Origin: an uncultured Holophaga sp.
GTDB lineage: Bacteria > Acidobacteriota > Holophagae > Holophagales > Holophagaceae
Length of the DNA: 64,000 bases
NCBI GenBank assembly: GCA_963664825.1
Contig: OY761614.1
Location: forward strand, 3,360,001-3,424,000
Reading direction: 5' to 3'
Shown here: one piece after another, positions 55,269-64,000 of the stretch
Layout of the letters: each line of letters starts with the position of its first letter
How positions within the stretch are numbered: the first letter of the stretch is position 1
The notes under the pieces: model-generated
Database searches by the model: none
What the model was told of the DNA's origin: nothing
What the model saw: only the letters and a program-made list of their open reading frames with translations
Translations under genes and position numbers: made by a program

Positions 55269-56107
55269 GCACCTCTCTGCCTTAAAGGGGGGACCGCCTG
55301 CTCAATTTTGGCTCGCTTCCCGCCTATCGCAGGCTCCACTGGAGCCTGCTCCCAATCGTGCGTTGCGCGATTAGAGGCGGGCCCCTTGTCCCCCCTTTGC
55401 CCCCCACGGGGTGTCCAGGCAGAGCCCGGACACCCCGTCTGAAGTTCCAGATCCGTAATCACCGTCAGCTTTCCCAGGGAGGATCCGGGCAGGGCCGGAT
55501 CCTCCTGGAGCAGCCGCTCGAGGGCCCCGCGCTTGGATTCACCGGAGACAGCCAGGATGCATTCCGCGGCCGCCAGCAAGGGCAGGCTCAGACTGATCCG
55601 ACAGGCTGGAGGCTTGGGGCTATCCTCCACGGCCTGCACCAGGGCCGACAGGGGCCTCCAGGGATGGCCTGGGAAGAGCGAGGCGATGTGGCCGTCCTCC
55701 CCCAGGCCCAGCAGCGCCAGATCGAGGCCTCCCCCGAAGGATGTCTCCAGGACCCCTTGCACCCGGGCGCAGGCCTCCTGCGGGCTTTCGCCCTCCAGGA
55801 AGAGGGGCAGTTCCAGCTCCAGAGGATCCGTCGCCTTCAGAACCCCCCGGCGGTAGGCCTCGCCCCGATTGGAATCCCGGTGGGAAAATGGGACGCAGCG
55901 CTCGTCCACCCAGGTCAGGCGAAGGCTTGCCCAATCGGTTCGCCCGAGACTTTTTCGGGCGTGGCCGAAGGCCTCCAGGGCGCTCCCCCCGGGGATGGCC
56001 AAGCGCACGGATCCCTGGTGTAGGCAGATCCGCGCGATGGCCTCCGCGAGCCTGCCCCCGGCCTCCTCCATCACCCTTGAAGTGCGGACCCAAATGATTT
56101 CACCCAC
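55265..56107 (-). CDS. pgl: 6-phosphogluconolactonase with a 54-aa C-terminal insertion
   Basis: PGGS, VDERCVP...SN, LGLGEDGHIASLFP, SPKPP, RISLS; GTG start overlapping the end of zwf. Confidence 0.88.
   Translation of the reverse strand: MGEIIWVRTSRVMEEAGGRLAEAIARICLHQGSVRLAIPGGSALEAFGHARKSLGRTDWASLRLTWVDERCVPFSHRDSNRGEAYRRGVLKATDPLELELPLFLEGESPQEACARVQGVLETSFGGGLDLALLGLGEDGHIASLFPGHPWRPLSALVQAVEDSPKPPACRISLSLPLLAAAECILAVSGESKRGALERLLQEDPALPGSSLGKLTVITDLELQTGCPGSAWTPRGGQRGDKGPASNRATHDWEQAPVEPAIGGKRAKIEQAVPPLRQRGA
55280..55437. mobile_element. Candidate miniature palindromic insertion element (REPIN/MITE-like) inside pgl
   Basis: Multiple nested hairpins flanked by TCTG direct repeats (55276-55279, 55438-55441); 162-bp repeat-to-repeat spacing keeps the frame. 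Confidence 0.55.
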
Positions 56108-57611
56108 GGGACCAGGCTCCCTCGCAGCCCTGGAAGAGGGCCTCGGCCTCCGGAGGGCCCCAACTGCCGGAGGGGTACTCCAGCATGGGAGTGCCCTGGC
56201 CTTCCCAGGTGGCGCGCAGGGCGTCGGCGAAGGCCCAGCTGGCCTCCACCTCGTCGGTGCGCAGGAAGAGGGTGGCATCCCCCTGCATGGCGTCCTGGAG
56301 CAGGCGCTCGTAGGCCGTGGCGCCGCTGGGGCCGAAGCGCTCCCGGTAATCGAAGGCGAGTTCGGCGGGGGCCATGGCCTGGCCGCTGCCCGGCGCCTTC
56401 ACGCCAAAGCTCAGGGAAAGGGCCTCCCGGGGCTGGATGCTGAGGGTGAGCAGATTGGGGCGCAGCCGACAGACCGTTCCATCGTCCAGTGTCTGGAGGG
56501 CCCCCCCCTCCATCCGATCGAAGAGCTGGATGGGGGGCACCCGGAAATGCACCTTCACCTCCGTGAAGCGCTTCGGCAGCCGCTTCCCGTGGCGCAGGAG
56601 GAAGGGCACACCCGCCCAGCGCCAGTTCTCGATCATGGCGCGCACGGCCACGAAAGTCTCCGCGGTGGAATCTCCCGGCACGCCCTCTTCCTGGAGGTAC
56701 CCGCGCAGGGGACGCCCCTGGATCTCGCCGGGGCCGTAGCGGGCCCGGACCCCCTGGCCGCCATGGGGCAGCCGCAGAGCCTTCAGGACGCCCACCTTCT
56801 GGTCCCGGATGGCCTCCGGATCCAGCGAAGACGGGGGTTCCATGGCGATGAGGGCCAGGATCTGGAGCATGTGGTTCTGGAGCATATCCCGCAGGGCGCC
56901 CACGGAATCGTAGTAGCCCGCCCGGCCCCGCTCCACCCCCAGTTCTTCGGCCACCGTGATCTCCACCAGCTCCACGTGCTGGCGGTTCCAGAGAGGTTCG
57001 AAGATGGCGTTATTGAAGCGGAAGGCGAACAGGTTCTGGACCGTATCCTTGGCCAGATAGTGATCGATTCGGTAGATCTGGTCCTCCCGCAGCCGGTCAT
57101 GGAGCGCCCGGTTGAGGGCCTGGGCCGAAATCCGGTCGTGGCCGAAGGGCTTCTCGGCCACCAGCCGCCGCCATGGATCCGAAGGCTCCGTCTGCCTCAG
57201 GAGGCCGCATTCCGAAAGGCTCTCCACGGCTGGAATGAAGAGATCGGGCCGGAGGGAGAGGTAGAAGAGCCTCCCGGCCTTTTCCCCCTCGGGCAGCTGG
57301 TCCAAGCGGGACGCCAAGCGCCCCATATCCTCCGGGCTTTGCACATCCCCGGAGACGTAGTGGACGCGCTCGGCCATGGACTGGAAGGCCTCCAACTCCT
57401 CACCCACCAGGGCATCTCCCAGCTGGAGCCGGAAGGCCTCATCGGTCATGGGCCTTCTGGATAGCCCGATGAGGCGAAAGGGGGTGCCCCCCTTGGAGAG
57501 GCGAGCCAGGGCAGGCACCAGTTTCCGAGACGTCAAATCACCACTCGCGCCAAGAATGATGATCTGAACGGGGGGCTGCATATTCACCGGGACTCCTGCA
57601 ATCTCTGCCAT
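56100..57611 (-). CDS. zwf: Glucose-6-phosphate 1-dehydrogenase
   Basis: GASGDL, EKPFG, RIDHYLAK, RDMLQNH, RWAGVPF, GKRL, YERLL, GSWGP. Start uncertain (57581, 57611 or 57632). Confidence 0.96.
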   Translation of the reverse strand: MAEIAGVPVNMQPPVQIIILGASGDLTSRKLVPALARLSKGGTPFRLIGLSRRPMTDEAFRLQLGDALVGEELEAFQSMAERVHYVSGDVQSPEDMGRLASRLDQLPEGEKAGRLFYLSLRPDLFIPAVESLSECGLLRQTEPSDPWRRLVAEKPFGHDRISAQALNRALHDRLREDQIYRIDHYLAKDTVQNLFAFRFNNAIFEPLWNRQHVELVEITVAEELGVERGRAGYYDSVGALRDMLQNHMLQILALIAMEPPSSLDPEAIRDQKVGVLKALRLPHGGQGVRARYGPGEIQGRPLRGYLQEEGVPGDSTAETFVAVRAMIENWRWAGVPFLLRHGKRLPKRFTEVKVHFRVPPIQLFDRMEGGALQTLDDGTVCRLRPNLLTLSIQPREALSLSFGVKAPGSGQAMAPAELAFDYRERFGPSGATAYERLLQDAMQGDATLFLRTDEVEASWAFADALRATWEGQGTPMLEYPSGSWGPPEAEALFQGCEGAWSRG

Positions 57612-57682
57612 TTGGATGCCGGAGCTTGACACCTGTTGCTGGGAGCCCCATGGTAGCTGCGCTTTCCTGCAGAGCCCCTTCC

Positions 57683-60325
57683 ATGGATGCCCATCCTACA
57701 CCCGTCTCACCCGAGCACGCGCGCCTGAGGGACGCGGAGCGGGGCCTATGGCGGCGCTGGGGGCCCTATCTGGCCGAGCGGCAATGGGGCACGGTGCGGG
57801 AGGACTACAGCGCAGACGGGAATGCCTGGGAGTATTTCCCTCACGAGCAGGCGCGGAGCCGCGTCTACCGCTGGGGCGAGGATGGTCTCGCGGGCTTCTG
57901 CGACGACCAGCAGCGTCTTTGCCTGGCCCTGGCGCTCTGGAACGGGGCCGATCCCATCCTGAAGGAGCGCCTGTTCGGACTTTCCAATCCTGAAGGGAAC
58001 CACGGCGAGGACGTCAAGGAGCTCTACTACTTCCTGGACGGCCTGCCTTCCCACGCCTACATGAAGATGCTCTACAAATACCCCCAGAGGGCCTTCCCCT
58101 ACGCGCGGCTGGTAGACGAGAACAGGAGACGGAGCCGGGAGGAACCCGAGTTCGAGCTCCTGGATACGGGGATCTTCGAAGAGGACCGCTATTTCGATGT
58201 CACCGTGGAATATGCCAAGGGAGCTCCCGAGGACATCCTGATGCGGATCACGGTCCACAACCGCGGCCCGGAGCCCGCGCCGATCCACGTGCTGCCCCAG
58301 ATCTGGTTCCGCAACACCTGGGGCTGGAAGGGAGATCCCCCCGAAGCCTCCCTTCTCGCCACCTCCCAAGGATGCGTGGAGGCCCGCCATCCCACACTCG
58401 GCGCGATGCACATCTGGACGGGGGACTGCGAACGGCTCTTCTGCGATAACGAGACGAACGCCCCACTCCTCTTCGGCGTGCCGAAAGGGGGTTCCTTCAA
58501 GGACGCCTTCCACGCCTGCCTGATCGAAGGGGATGCCTCGGCCCTGAACGCGGATCTCCGGGGCACGAAGATGGCGGCCCACCATGTGCTCGACGTGCCC
58601 GCGGGAGAGTCCAGAACCGTCCGGATGCGGCTCAGCCGCGAGGAACGGGAGCGCCCTTTCGGGGACTTCGACGGGATCGTGAAGCTCCGGTCAGAGGAAT
58701 GCGAGGCCTTCTACGCCCAGCTACAGGCGGGGATCTCCTGCCCGGACGCGCGGCGGATCCAGCGCCAGGCCCTGGCGGGGCTCCTCTGGAGCAAGCAGTT
58801 CTACAGCTTCGATATCCCCCAGTGGATCGCGGGAGATCCGGCATATCCCCCTCCACCGAAGGGGAGGATGCGCAACAGGGAATGGATGCACCTCAACAAC
58901 GCCGAGGTCCTCTCCATGCCCGACACTTGGGAATACCCCTGGTACGCCGCCTGGGATCTGGCCTTCCACTGCCTGCCCCTGGCCATGGTGGACCCGGAGC
59001 TGGCCAAGGCGCAGCTGGTGCTGCTGACCCGGGAATGGTACATGCACCCTTCGGGCCAGCTTCCCGCCTACGAATGGGCCTTCGGGGACGCCAATCCCCC
59101 GGTCCACGCCTGGGCCGCCTGGCGCGTCTTCCAGATGGACCGCAAGCAGCAAAGAAAGGGTGACCTGCCCTTCCTGGAGCGCATCTTCCACAAGCTGCTC
59201 CTCAACTTCACCTGGTGGGTGAACCGCAAGGATGCCGAGGGCAACAACGTCTTCCAGGGGGGCTTCCTGGGCCTGGACAACATCGGCGTCTTCGATCGGA
59301 GTGCGCCGCTCGATGTCGGCGATCACGTCAACCAGGCGGACGGAACCGCCTGGATGGCCATGTTCAGCCTGAACATGATGCGGATCGCCCTGGAACTGGC
59401 CCTCCACAACCACGTCTACGAGGACATCGCCACCAAATTCTTCGAGCACTTCCTCTACATCGCCAAGGCCATGACCAGCATGGGTCACGGCGGCGTCGGC
59501 CTCTGGGACGAGGAGGACACATTCTTCTACGATGTCCTTTCCGTAGACGCTGGGCGGCAGATCCCCCTGAAGGTGCGCTCCATGGTGGGGCTCATCCCCC
59601 TCTTCGCCGTGGAGACCCTGGAGCCCGATCTGCTGGCGCAGCTGCCTGATTTCACCCGCCGCATGGAGTGGTTCCTGGAATACCGACCGGATCTGGCCGG
59701 CCTGGTTTCCCGCTGGAAGGAGCCTGGACTGGGGGACCGCCATCTGCTTTCCCTGCTACGGGGCCACCGCATGAAGTGTCTGCTCCGCAGGATGCTGGAC
59801 GAGGAGGAATACCTCTCCCCCTTCGGCGTGCGCTCCTTGTCGCGCCACCACCTGGAGCACCCCTACCGCTTCACGGACGAGCAGGCGGAGCACATGTTCA
59901 CCGTCCAATACCGGCCCGGGGAATCCGATTCGGGACTCTTCGGCGGCAACTCAAACTGGCGGGGCCCCGTGTGGTTTCCCGTGAACTACCTCGTGATCGA
60001 ATCCCTCCAGAAGTTCCACCACTACTACGGGGATGGCTTCCTCGTGGAGTGTCCGAAGGGCAGCGGCAGGATGCTCAGCCTCAACGGGATCGCCGACGAG
60101 CTTCGTAGCCGCTTGGCCAGCCTATTCCTGAAGGATGAGACGGGCCGACGGGCCTTCTTTGGAGACGACAACCGCTGTCAAAAGGACTCGGCCTTCCGGG
60201 ATCACCTGCTCTTCCACGAGTACTTCGACGGGGACACGGGACAGGGTCGAGGGGCCTCCCACCAGACCGGTTGGACGGCCCTCATCGCCAAGATCCTCCA
60301 GCCCAGGCCTGCGCGTCAGGGGTGA
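57683..60325 (+). CDS. GH63/MGH1-like glycoside hydrolase (alpha/alpha toroid)
   Basis: WGPYLAERQWGTVREDYS, GNHGEDVKE, WEYPWYAAWDLAFH, GLDNIG, NSNWRGPVW, EYFDGDTG.GRGASHQTGWT. Confidence 0.9.
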   Translation: MDAHPTPVSPEHARLRDAERGLWRRWGPYLAERQWGTVREDYSADGNAWEYFPHEQARSRVYRWGEDGLAGFCDDQQRLCLALALWNGADPILKERLFGLSNPEGNHGEDVKELYYFLDGLPSHAYMKMLYKYPQRAFPYARLVDENRRRSREEPEFELLDTGIFEEDRYFDVTVEYAKGAPEDILMRITVHNRGPEPAPIHVLPQIWFRNTWGWKGDPPEASLLATSQGCVEARHPTLGAMHIWTGDCERLFCDNETNAPLLFGVPKGGSFKDAFHACLIEGDASALNADLRGTKMAAHHVLDVPAGESRTVRMRLSREERERPFGDFDGIVKLRSEECEAFYAQLQAGISCPDARRIQRQALAGLLWSKQFYSFDIPQWIAGDPAYPPPPKGRMRNREWMHLNNAEVLSMPDTWEYPWYAAWDLAFHCLPLAMVDPELAKAQLVLLTREWYMHPSGQLPAYEWAFGDANPPVHAWAAWRVFQMDRKQQRKGDLPFLERIFHKLLLNFTWWVNRKDAEGNNVFQGGFLGLDNIGVFDRSAPLDVGDHVNQADGTAWMAMFSLNMMRIALELALHNHVYEDIATKFFEHFLYIAKAMTSMGHGGVGLWDEEDTFFYDVLSVDAGRQIPLKVRSMVGLIPLFAVETLEPDLLAQLPDFTRRMEWFLEYRPDLAGLVSRWKEPGLGDRHLLSLLRGHRMKCLLRRMLDEEEYLSPFGVRSLSRHHLEHPYRFTDEQAEHMFTVQYRPGESDSGLFGGNSNWRGPVWFPVNYLVIESLQKFHHYYGDGFLVECPKGSGRMLSLNGIADELRSRLASLFLKDETGRRAFFGDDNRCQKDSAFRDHLLFHEYFDGDTGQGRGASHQTGWTALIAKILQPRPARQG

Positions 60326-60353
60326 TACGGTTCCGTAATTCAAAGAACAGATG

Positions 60354-60455
60354 CACCACGGAGGCACCGAGAACACGGAGAAAGAAAGGGACAGGGCCCA
60401 GGGAAACACGTGGTTCCTCCAGCTTCATCTCCGTGCCCTCCCCGTCTCCGTGGTG
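60354..60455. repeat. REP-like imperfect inverted repeat pair between convergent genes
   Basis: CACCACGGAGGCACCGAGAACACGGAG (60354-60380) and CTCCGTGCCCTCCCCGTCTCCGTGGTG (60429-60455). Confidence 0.7.
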
Positions 60456-60483
60456 AGTTTTCTTTGACTTCAACTTGGGGTGA

Positions 60484-61185
60484 TCAGCCCACGGCAGCGA
60501 AGTCCTCCTTCGTGGCCCCACAGAGGGGACAGGTCCAATCGGAAGGCAGATCCTCGAAGGAGGTGCCCGGGGGGATGTGGGCCACAGGGTCCCCAACGCT
60601 CGGATCGTAGAGGTAGCCGCAGACGGAGCACTTGAAGCGTCCCGGGGCGGTTTCCTCCCCAGGGGCCGAGTCTCCCCGGTAGGTGGGGGCATTCTTCGGG
60701 GAATGGCCCTTCTTCACGGTCTGGTAGGTGGCGTAGGTGAGGGGCGTGCCTCGCTTCAGCACCTCCGCCCGGGTCAGCTCCACGATGAAGATGGTATGGG
60801 TTCCGCCATCGGCGCTGGCGACCACTCGGCCCTCCAGCACGGACAGGGCGCTCTCCGTCACAAGGGGACATCCGTTGGCAGTGAGGGTGTGCGGGGTCTG
60901 GGCGAACTTATCCACATCCCGACCCGACTTGAAGCCGAAGAGCCCGATGAGGCTCATGGAGGCCTGCTCCTCCAGGATGGAGATGGCCAGCACACCGCTC
61001 TCCTGGACGTAGGCGTGGGTGAGGTTGAGTTTGTTGAGGCTCACCGCCACCCTGGGAGGCTCTGAACTCACCTGGAAGACCGTGTTCACGATCTGTCCGT
61101 TGAACCTTCCGTCGGAAACCGAGGTGACGATGTAGAGGCCGTAGCTGATATCCCACAGGGCCTTGGAATCGATGGAAACATCCAT
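60484..61185 (-). CDS. Flavin reductase-rubredoxin fusion (high-molecular-weight rubredoxin)
   Basis: [32 protein letters not shown]-terminal [10 protein letters not shown]...[14 protein letters not shown]. Confidence 0.92.
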   Translation of the reverse strand: MDVSIDSKALWDISYGLYIVTSVSDGRFNGQIVNTVFQVSSEPPRVAVSLNKLNLTHAYVQESGVLAISILEEQASMSLIGLFGFKSGRDVDKFAQTPHTLTANGCPLVTESALSVLEGRVVASADGGTHTIFIVELTRAEVLKRGTPLTYATYQTVKKGHSPKNAPTYRGDSAPGEETAPGRFKCSVCGYLYDPSVGDPVAHIPPGTSFEDLPSDWTCPLCGATKEDFAAVG

Positions 61186-61228
61186 GGGGTCTCCTTTCCC
61201 TGGCAGAGGACGGCGGCATCCGTAGGCC

Positions 61229-61262
61229 CCGGGGAGGAGGCGGGTTGGACCCGCCTCCCCGG
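61229..61262. other. GC-rich intergenic hairpin
   Basis: CCGGGG(AG)GAGGCGGGT-TGG-ACCCGCCTCCCCGG between the rubrerythrin and rubredoxin genes. Confidence 0.5.
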
Positions 61263-61274
61263 TCCAAGGGTGGG

Positions 61275-61826
61275 CTACTGGTTGAAATACCTCTTCAGCA
61301 GGCCCTGGAAGGCGCTGCCGTGGCGGGCCTCATCCTTGCACATCTCGTGGACCGTGTCGTGAATGGCATCGTAGCCCAACTCTTTGGCACGCTTGGCCAG
61401 CTTGAGCTTGCCCTCGGTGGCGCCCCACTCCGCATCGGCCCGAAGGGTGAGGTTCTTGGCCGTGTCTGCGAAGACCACCTCGCCCAGCAGTTCGGCGAAG
61501 CGAGCGGCGTGATCGGCCTCCTCGAAGGCGATGCGCTTGTAGGCCTCGGCCACCTCGGGATAGCCCTCGCGATCGGCCTGGCGCGCCATGGCCAGGTACA
61601 TACCCACCTCGGTGCACTCGCCCATGAAGTTGTCCTTGAGGCCCTGAACCACCTCGGCGTCGAGGCCCTGGGCCACGCCGATGCGATGTTCGTCGGCCCA
61701 TACCCTGGATGTGGCCGAGGCCTTCAGCGTGAACTTCTCGGGACCTGCGCCGCACTGGGGGCACTTCGCGGGAGGCTCTTCGCCGACGTGAGTGTAGCCG
61801 CAGACGGAGCAGATGTAGGTCTTCAT
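61275..61826 (-). CDS. Reverse rubrerythrin (NADH peroxidase)
   Basis: N-terminal CSVC...CPQC rubredoxin domain, [37 protein letters not shown]. Confidence 0.93.
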   Translation of the reverse strand: MKTYICSVCGYTHVGEEPPAKCPQCGAGPEKFTLKASATSRVWADEHRIGVAQGLDAEVVQGLKDNFMGECTEVGMYLAMARQADREGYPEVAEAYKRIAFEEADHAARFAELLGEVVFADTAKNLTLRADAEWGATEGKLKLAKRAKELGYDAIHDTVHEMCKDEARHGSAFQGLLKRYFNQ

Positions 61827-61982
61827 GGATCCTCCTGAAGGGTGGGGTTAGAACAGGCCTCGCGAGAGGCCCATGAACATATGCTGCCAGAGCCGCCGTG
61901 AACGTTACGGATTGTTTTCGGCTGAGTTCCCGTTCCGGCGGAAGGCCCCGGAGCCCTGGACTGAATGCGGATCGCCCCTGTT

Positions 61983-62711
61983 TCAGCCCAGTCCCAGGCG
62001 CTTCTTCAGGGCTGGGGAGGCCCCGCGGCTGATCTCGAGTTCCTGGCCCCCGGCGAGGCGGGCCATGAGGCGGCCGAATTCCCCGGGGCGCACGCCCATG
62101 ACGGCCTCGGGGCGCAGGAGGAGATGGCGGTGCCCTCGGATGAGGCCGCGGCCCGCCAGGGCGATCTCGGCCTCGGCCAGGCTCTTCCAGAGGGTGCGGA
62201 AGCGCTCCCCGGCATGGGCCCAGACAATTCCATCCTCGAAGGTGAAGTGGGTCGTGCGGGCCAGATCCAGGAAGATGACGCCCTCCCCGGCCTTGGCGGG
62301 GTACCGGAAGGGCCCCGCAGGCTTGGGCGCCTCGGGGCCACCATGGGCTTCGCTGGGCGTGCGCAGCCTCTGAAGGGTCTTCTCCAGACGATCGGCGGTG
62401 ACGGGTTTCAGCAGGTAGTCCACCACGGCCTGCTCGAAGGCCCGGACGGCATGTTCGGCGAAGGCCGTGACGAAGACGATGGGAATAGACCTGGGCAGGT
62501 CCTCCACCACATCCATGCCCGTGAGCCCTGGCATCTGGATATCCAGGAACAGGGCATCGGCCTCCCCCCCCTTCTCCAGCCACTCCAGCACGGAGGGGCC
62601 ATCCTCCAGTTCGGCCACCACCTGGCAGCCCGCCTCGCCCAGCAGGCGCACCAGCCGCCTGCGGTTGTAGGGTTCGTCCTCGGCCACCAGGATGCGCAGC
62701 GCTGCATTCAT
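61983..62711 (-). CDS. LytTR-family response regulator
   Basis: VAEDE, FLDIQMP, FVTAF, YLLKP; LytTR-like HRHLLL...ISR. Confidence 0.9.
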   Translation of the reverse strand: MNAALRILVAEDEPYNRRRLVRLLGEAGCQVVAELEDGPSVLEWLEKGGEADALFLDIQMPGLTGMDVVEDLPRSIPIVFVTAFAEHAVRAFEQAVVDYLLKPVTADRLEKTLQRLRTPSEAHGGPEAPKPAGPFRYPAKAGEGVIFLDLARTTHFTFEDGIVWAHAGERFRTLWKSLAEAEIALAGRGLIRGHRHLLLRPEAVMGVRPGEFGRLMARLAGGQELEISRGASPALKKRLGLG

Positions 62712-63832
62712 GCCTGGCCCCTTTTCTGAAGACAGAGTTCAGCCACGGTCCATTCGCCTTCCCGATGGAGCCGCAAGGCGTCCGGGCGCTCCCCCAGGAG
62801 GGATAGCCGCTCCCGCAGGTTGCTGAGGCCGATGCCTTCGGCGGTACCCTCCAGGAGGAGCTCACCCGTATTGGCCACGCCCAGGTGCAGCCGCTCTCCC
62901 TCGGCCCGGAGGAAGATCCGGATATCGCCACCGCCCCGGTGGGGGGCAATGCCATGTTTGATGGCGTTCTCCACCAGCGGCTGCAGGAGCAGGGGTGGCA
63001 GTTCCAGACCCTCGAGGGCGTCATCCCAGTCCCAAGCCACCCTCAACCGGGCCCCCAGGCGGATGTGCTCCAGGGCCAGATACTGTTCCAGGAGCTTGCG
63101 TTCGGAAGCCAGGGGAGCCTGGGTGCGCGAACCGTTATCCAAGAGCCCCCGCAGGAGCCCCGCGAGGCTCACAAGCGCCTCTTCGGCCGCCCCAGCATCC
63201 TCCCGCACCAGTTCCGTGAGCCCTCCGATGGCGTTGAAGAGCACATGGGGATTCATCTGGGCCTGGAGGGCCCGGGCCTTCGCGGCGGCGGCGGCCCTAA
63301 CGGCGTGGGATTCCTTCTGTTCGGCCCGTTCCTTTTCCGCCAGAATCCAGCCCAGGAAGATGGCGAAACTGAGATTGGTGATGCCGATGGTCACCATCCG
63401 GGGATGGAGGAAACGGTGATGGGGCGGGGGTTCTGGAGGTTCCACCCGCGGGGGGCGCCCCCCGCGAAGCTGGGGCTCCATCCCCGGTTCGGGCCCTCGG
63501 CGCCCCCCTTGGTGGTTGCCCCCGTGGCTCATCCCAAGGGCGAAGGAGAGCCCCACCACCCACACCAGGTTCCAGGGGATGCCCTGAAGCATGCCCCGCA
63601 GGGGCCCGGCCAGGGGCCGATGGTCTCCGGTCCACTGCCAGGGCACGGGGGAAAGGGCCAGGAAGGCGAAGGGCAGCGCGAAGGGATAGATGAATTCAGG
63701 CCAGCGGTCCGGAGGGGTGCCGAAACCCCAGCGGGTGAGGCTCCACACCAGACCGAAGGCCAGGACCGCGCCCCAGGTTGCGGGGCGCCGGGTCCGGGTC
63801 CAGGTGGTGGTGGCCAGTTCGGAAATGCGCAT
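62708..63832 (-). CDS. LytS-type sensor histidine kinase
   Basis: TM helices; QMNPHVLFNA, LQPLVENAIKHG, GIGLSNL; ATGA overlap with the regulator. Confidence 0.9.
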   Translation of the reverse strand: MRISELATTTWTRTRRPATWGAVLAFGLVWSLTRWGFGTPPDRWPEFIYPFALPFAFLALSPVPWQWTGDHRPLAGPLRGMLQGIPWNLVWVVGLSFALGMSHGGNHQGGRRGPEPGMEPQLRGGRPPRVEPPEPPPHHRFLHPRMVTIGITNLSFAIFLGWILAEKERAEQKESHAVRAAAAAKARALQAQMNPHVLFNAIGGLTELVREDAGAAEEALVSLAGLLRGLLDNGSRTQAPLASERKLLEQYLALEHIRLGARLRVAWDWDDALEGLELPPLLLQPLVENAIKHGIAPHRGGGDIRIFLRAEGERLHLGVANTGELLLEGTAEGIGLSNLRERLSLLGERPDALRLHREGEWTVAELCLQKRGQA

Positions 63833-63849
63833 GGAAAGTTAGTCTAGCT

Positions 63850-64000
63850 TCACTTGGCTTCGGGAGCGGGGCCCTCGGGAGGAGCCTCGTGTCCGGGGCC
63901 TCCGTCGTGCCCGGGACCTCGGCCATGCCTGAAGCCTTCGCCGCGCCGGGGCATGCCCTTGGGGCCTTCCTTGCGCAGCTTCTCGGCCTTGGCCTTCTGC
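63850..64000 (-). CDS. Partial CDS (C-terminus), possibly Spy/CpxP-like periplasmic protein
   Basis: Open to the window edge: QKAKAEKLRKEGPKGMPRRGEGFRHGRGPGHDGGPGHEAPPEGPAPEAK*. Confidence 0.45.
   Translation of the reverse strand, partial: QKAKAEKLRKEGPKGMPRRGEGFRHGRGPGHDGGPGHEAPPEGPAPEAK

Noticed and set aside
61840..61960. LytTR-type direct repeats (GTTC) upstream of rubrerythrin
   Set aside because: Only 4-5 bp matches with irregular 24-25 bp spacing; not distinguishable from chance.

Overview
GC-rich bacterial chromosomal window. The gene mix (paired LytS/LytTR systems, Tol/PilT genes, anaerobe-type redox genes) is compatible with an anaerobic Acidobacteriota/Holophagaceae-like organism; this taxonomy is an impression, not demonstrated. 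About 49 CDSs are supported. Housekeeping genes include purD, polA, an rhlE-like helicase, ispH, topB, tolR/tolA-like, zwf-pgl-gnd and ppnP. Accessory modules: (1) a 12.4-kb five-gene operon (4113-16556, minus) of signal-peptide-bearing proteins that I cannot assign to a known system: small jelly-roll-like protein, predicted outer-membrane beta-barrel, PKD/Ig protein, 2273-aa giant whose N-terminus duplicates the PKD/Ig protein, and an FN3-repeat protein; this is the best candidate for an undescribed secretion or surface-assembly system. (2) A Se/S-trafficking operon (TPR, YedE, class-V PLP desulfurase, DUF3343). (3) A Mop-type molybdopterin aldehyde oxidoreductase operon with radical SAM, methyltransferase, CoA-ligase-like and C-GCAxxG-C-C genes, divergent from a ModE-like gene. 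(4) A reverse rubrerythrin/flavin reductase-rubredoxin pair. Features not in the ORF track: a lysine riboswitch ahead of an M20 deacylase, a duplicated polA 5' end forming a 36-aa uORF, a 162-bp hairpin-rich in-frame insertion in the 3' end of pgl, a collapsed DUF2157/GDYXXLXY pseudogene and a REP-like inverted repeat. I saw no rRNA, tRNA, CRISPR array, integrase or transposase. All family names come from motif recognition and memory, not database searches.
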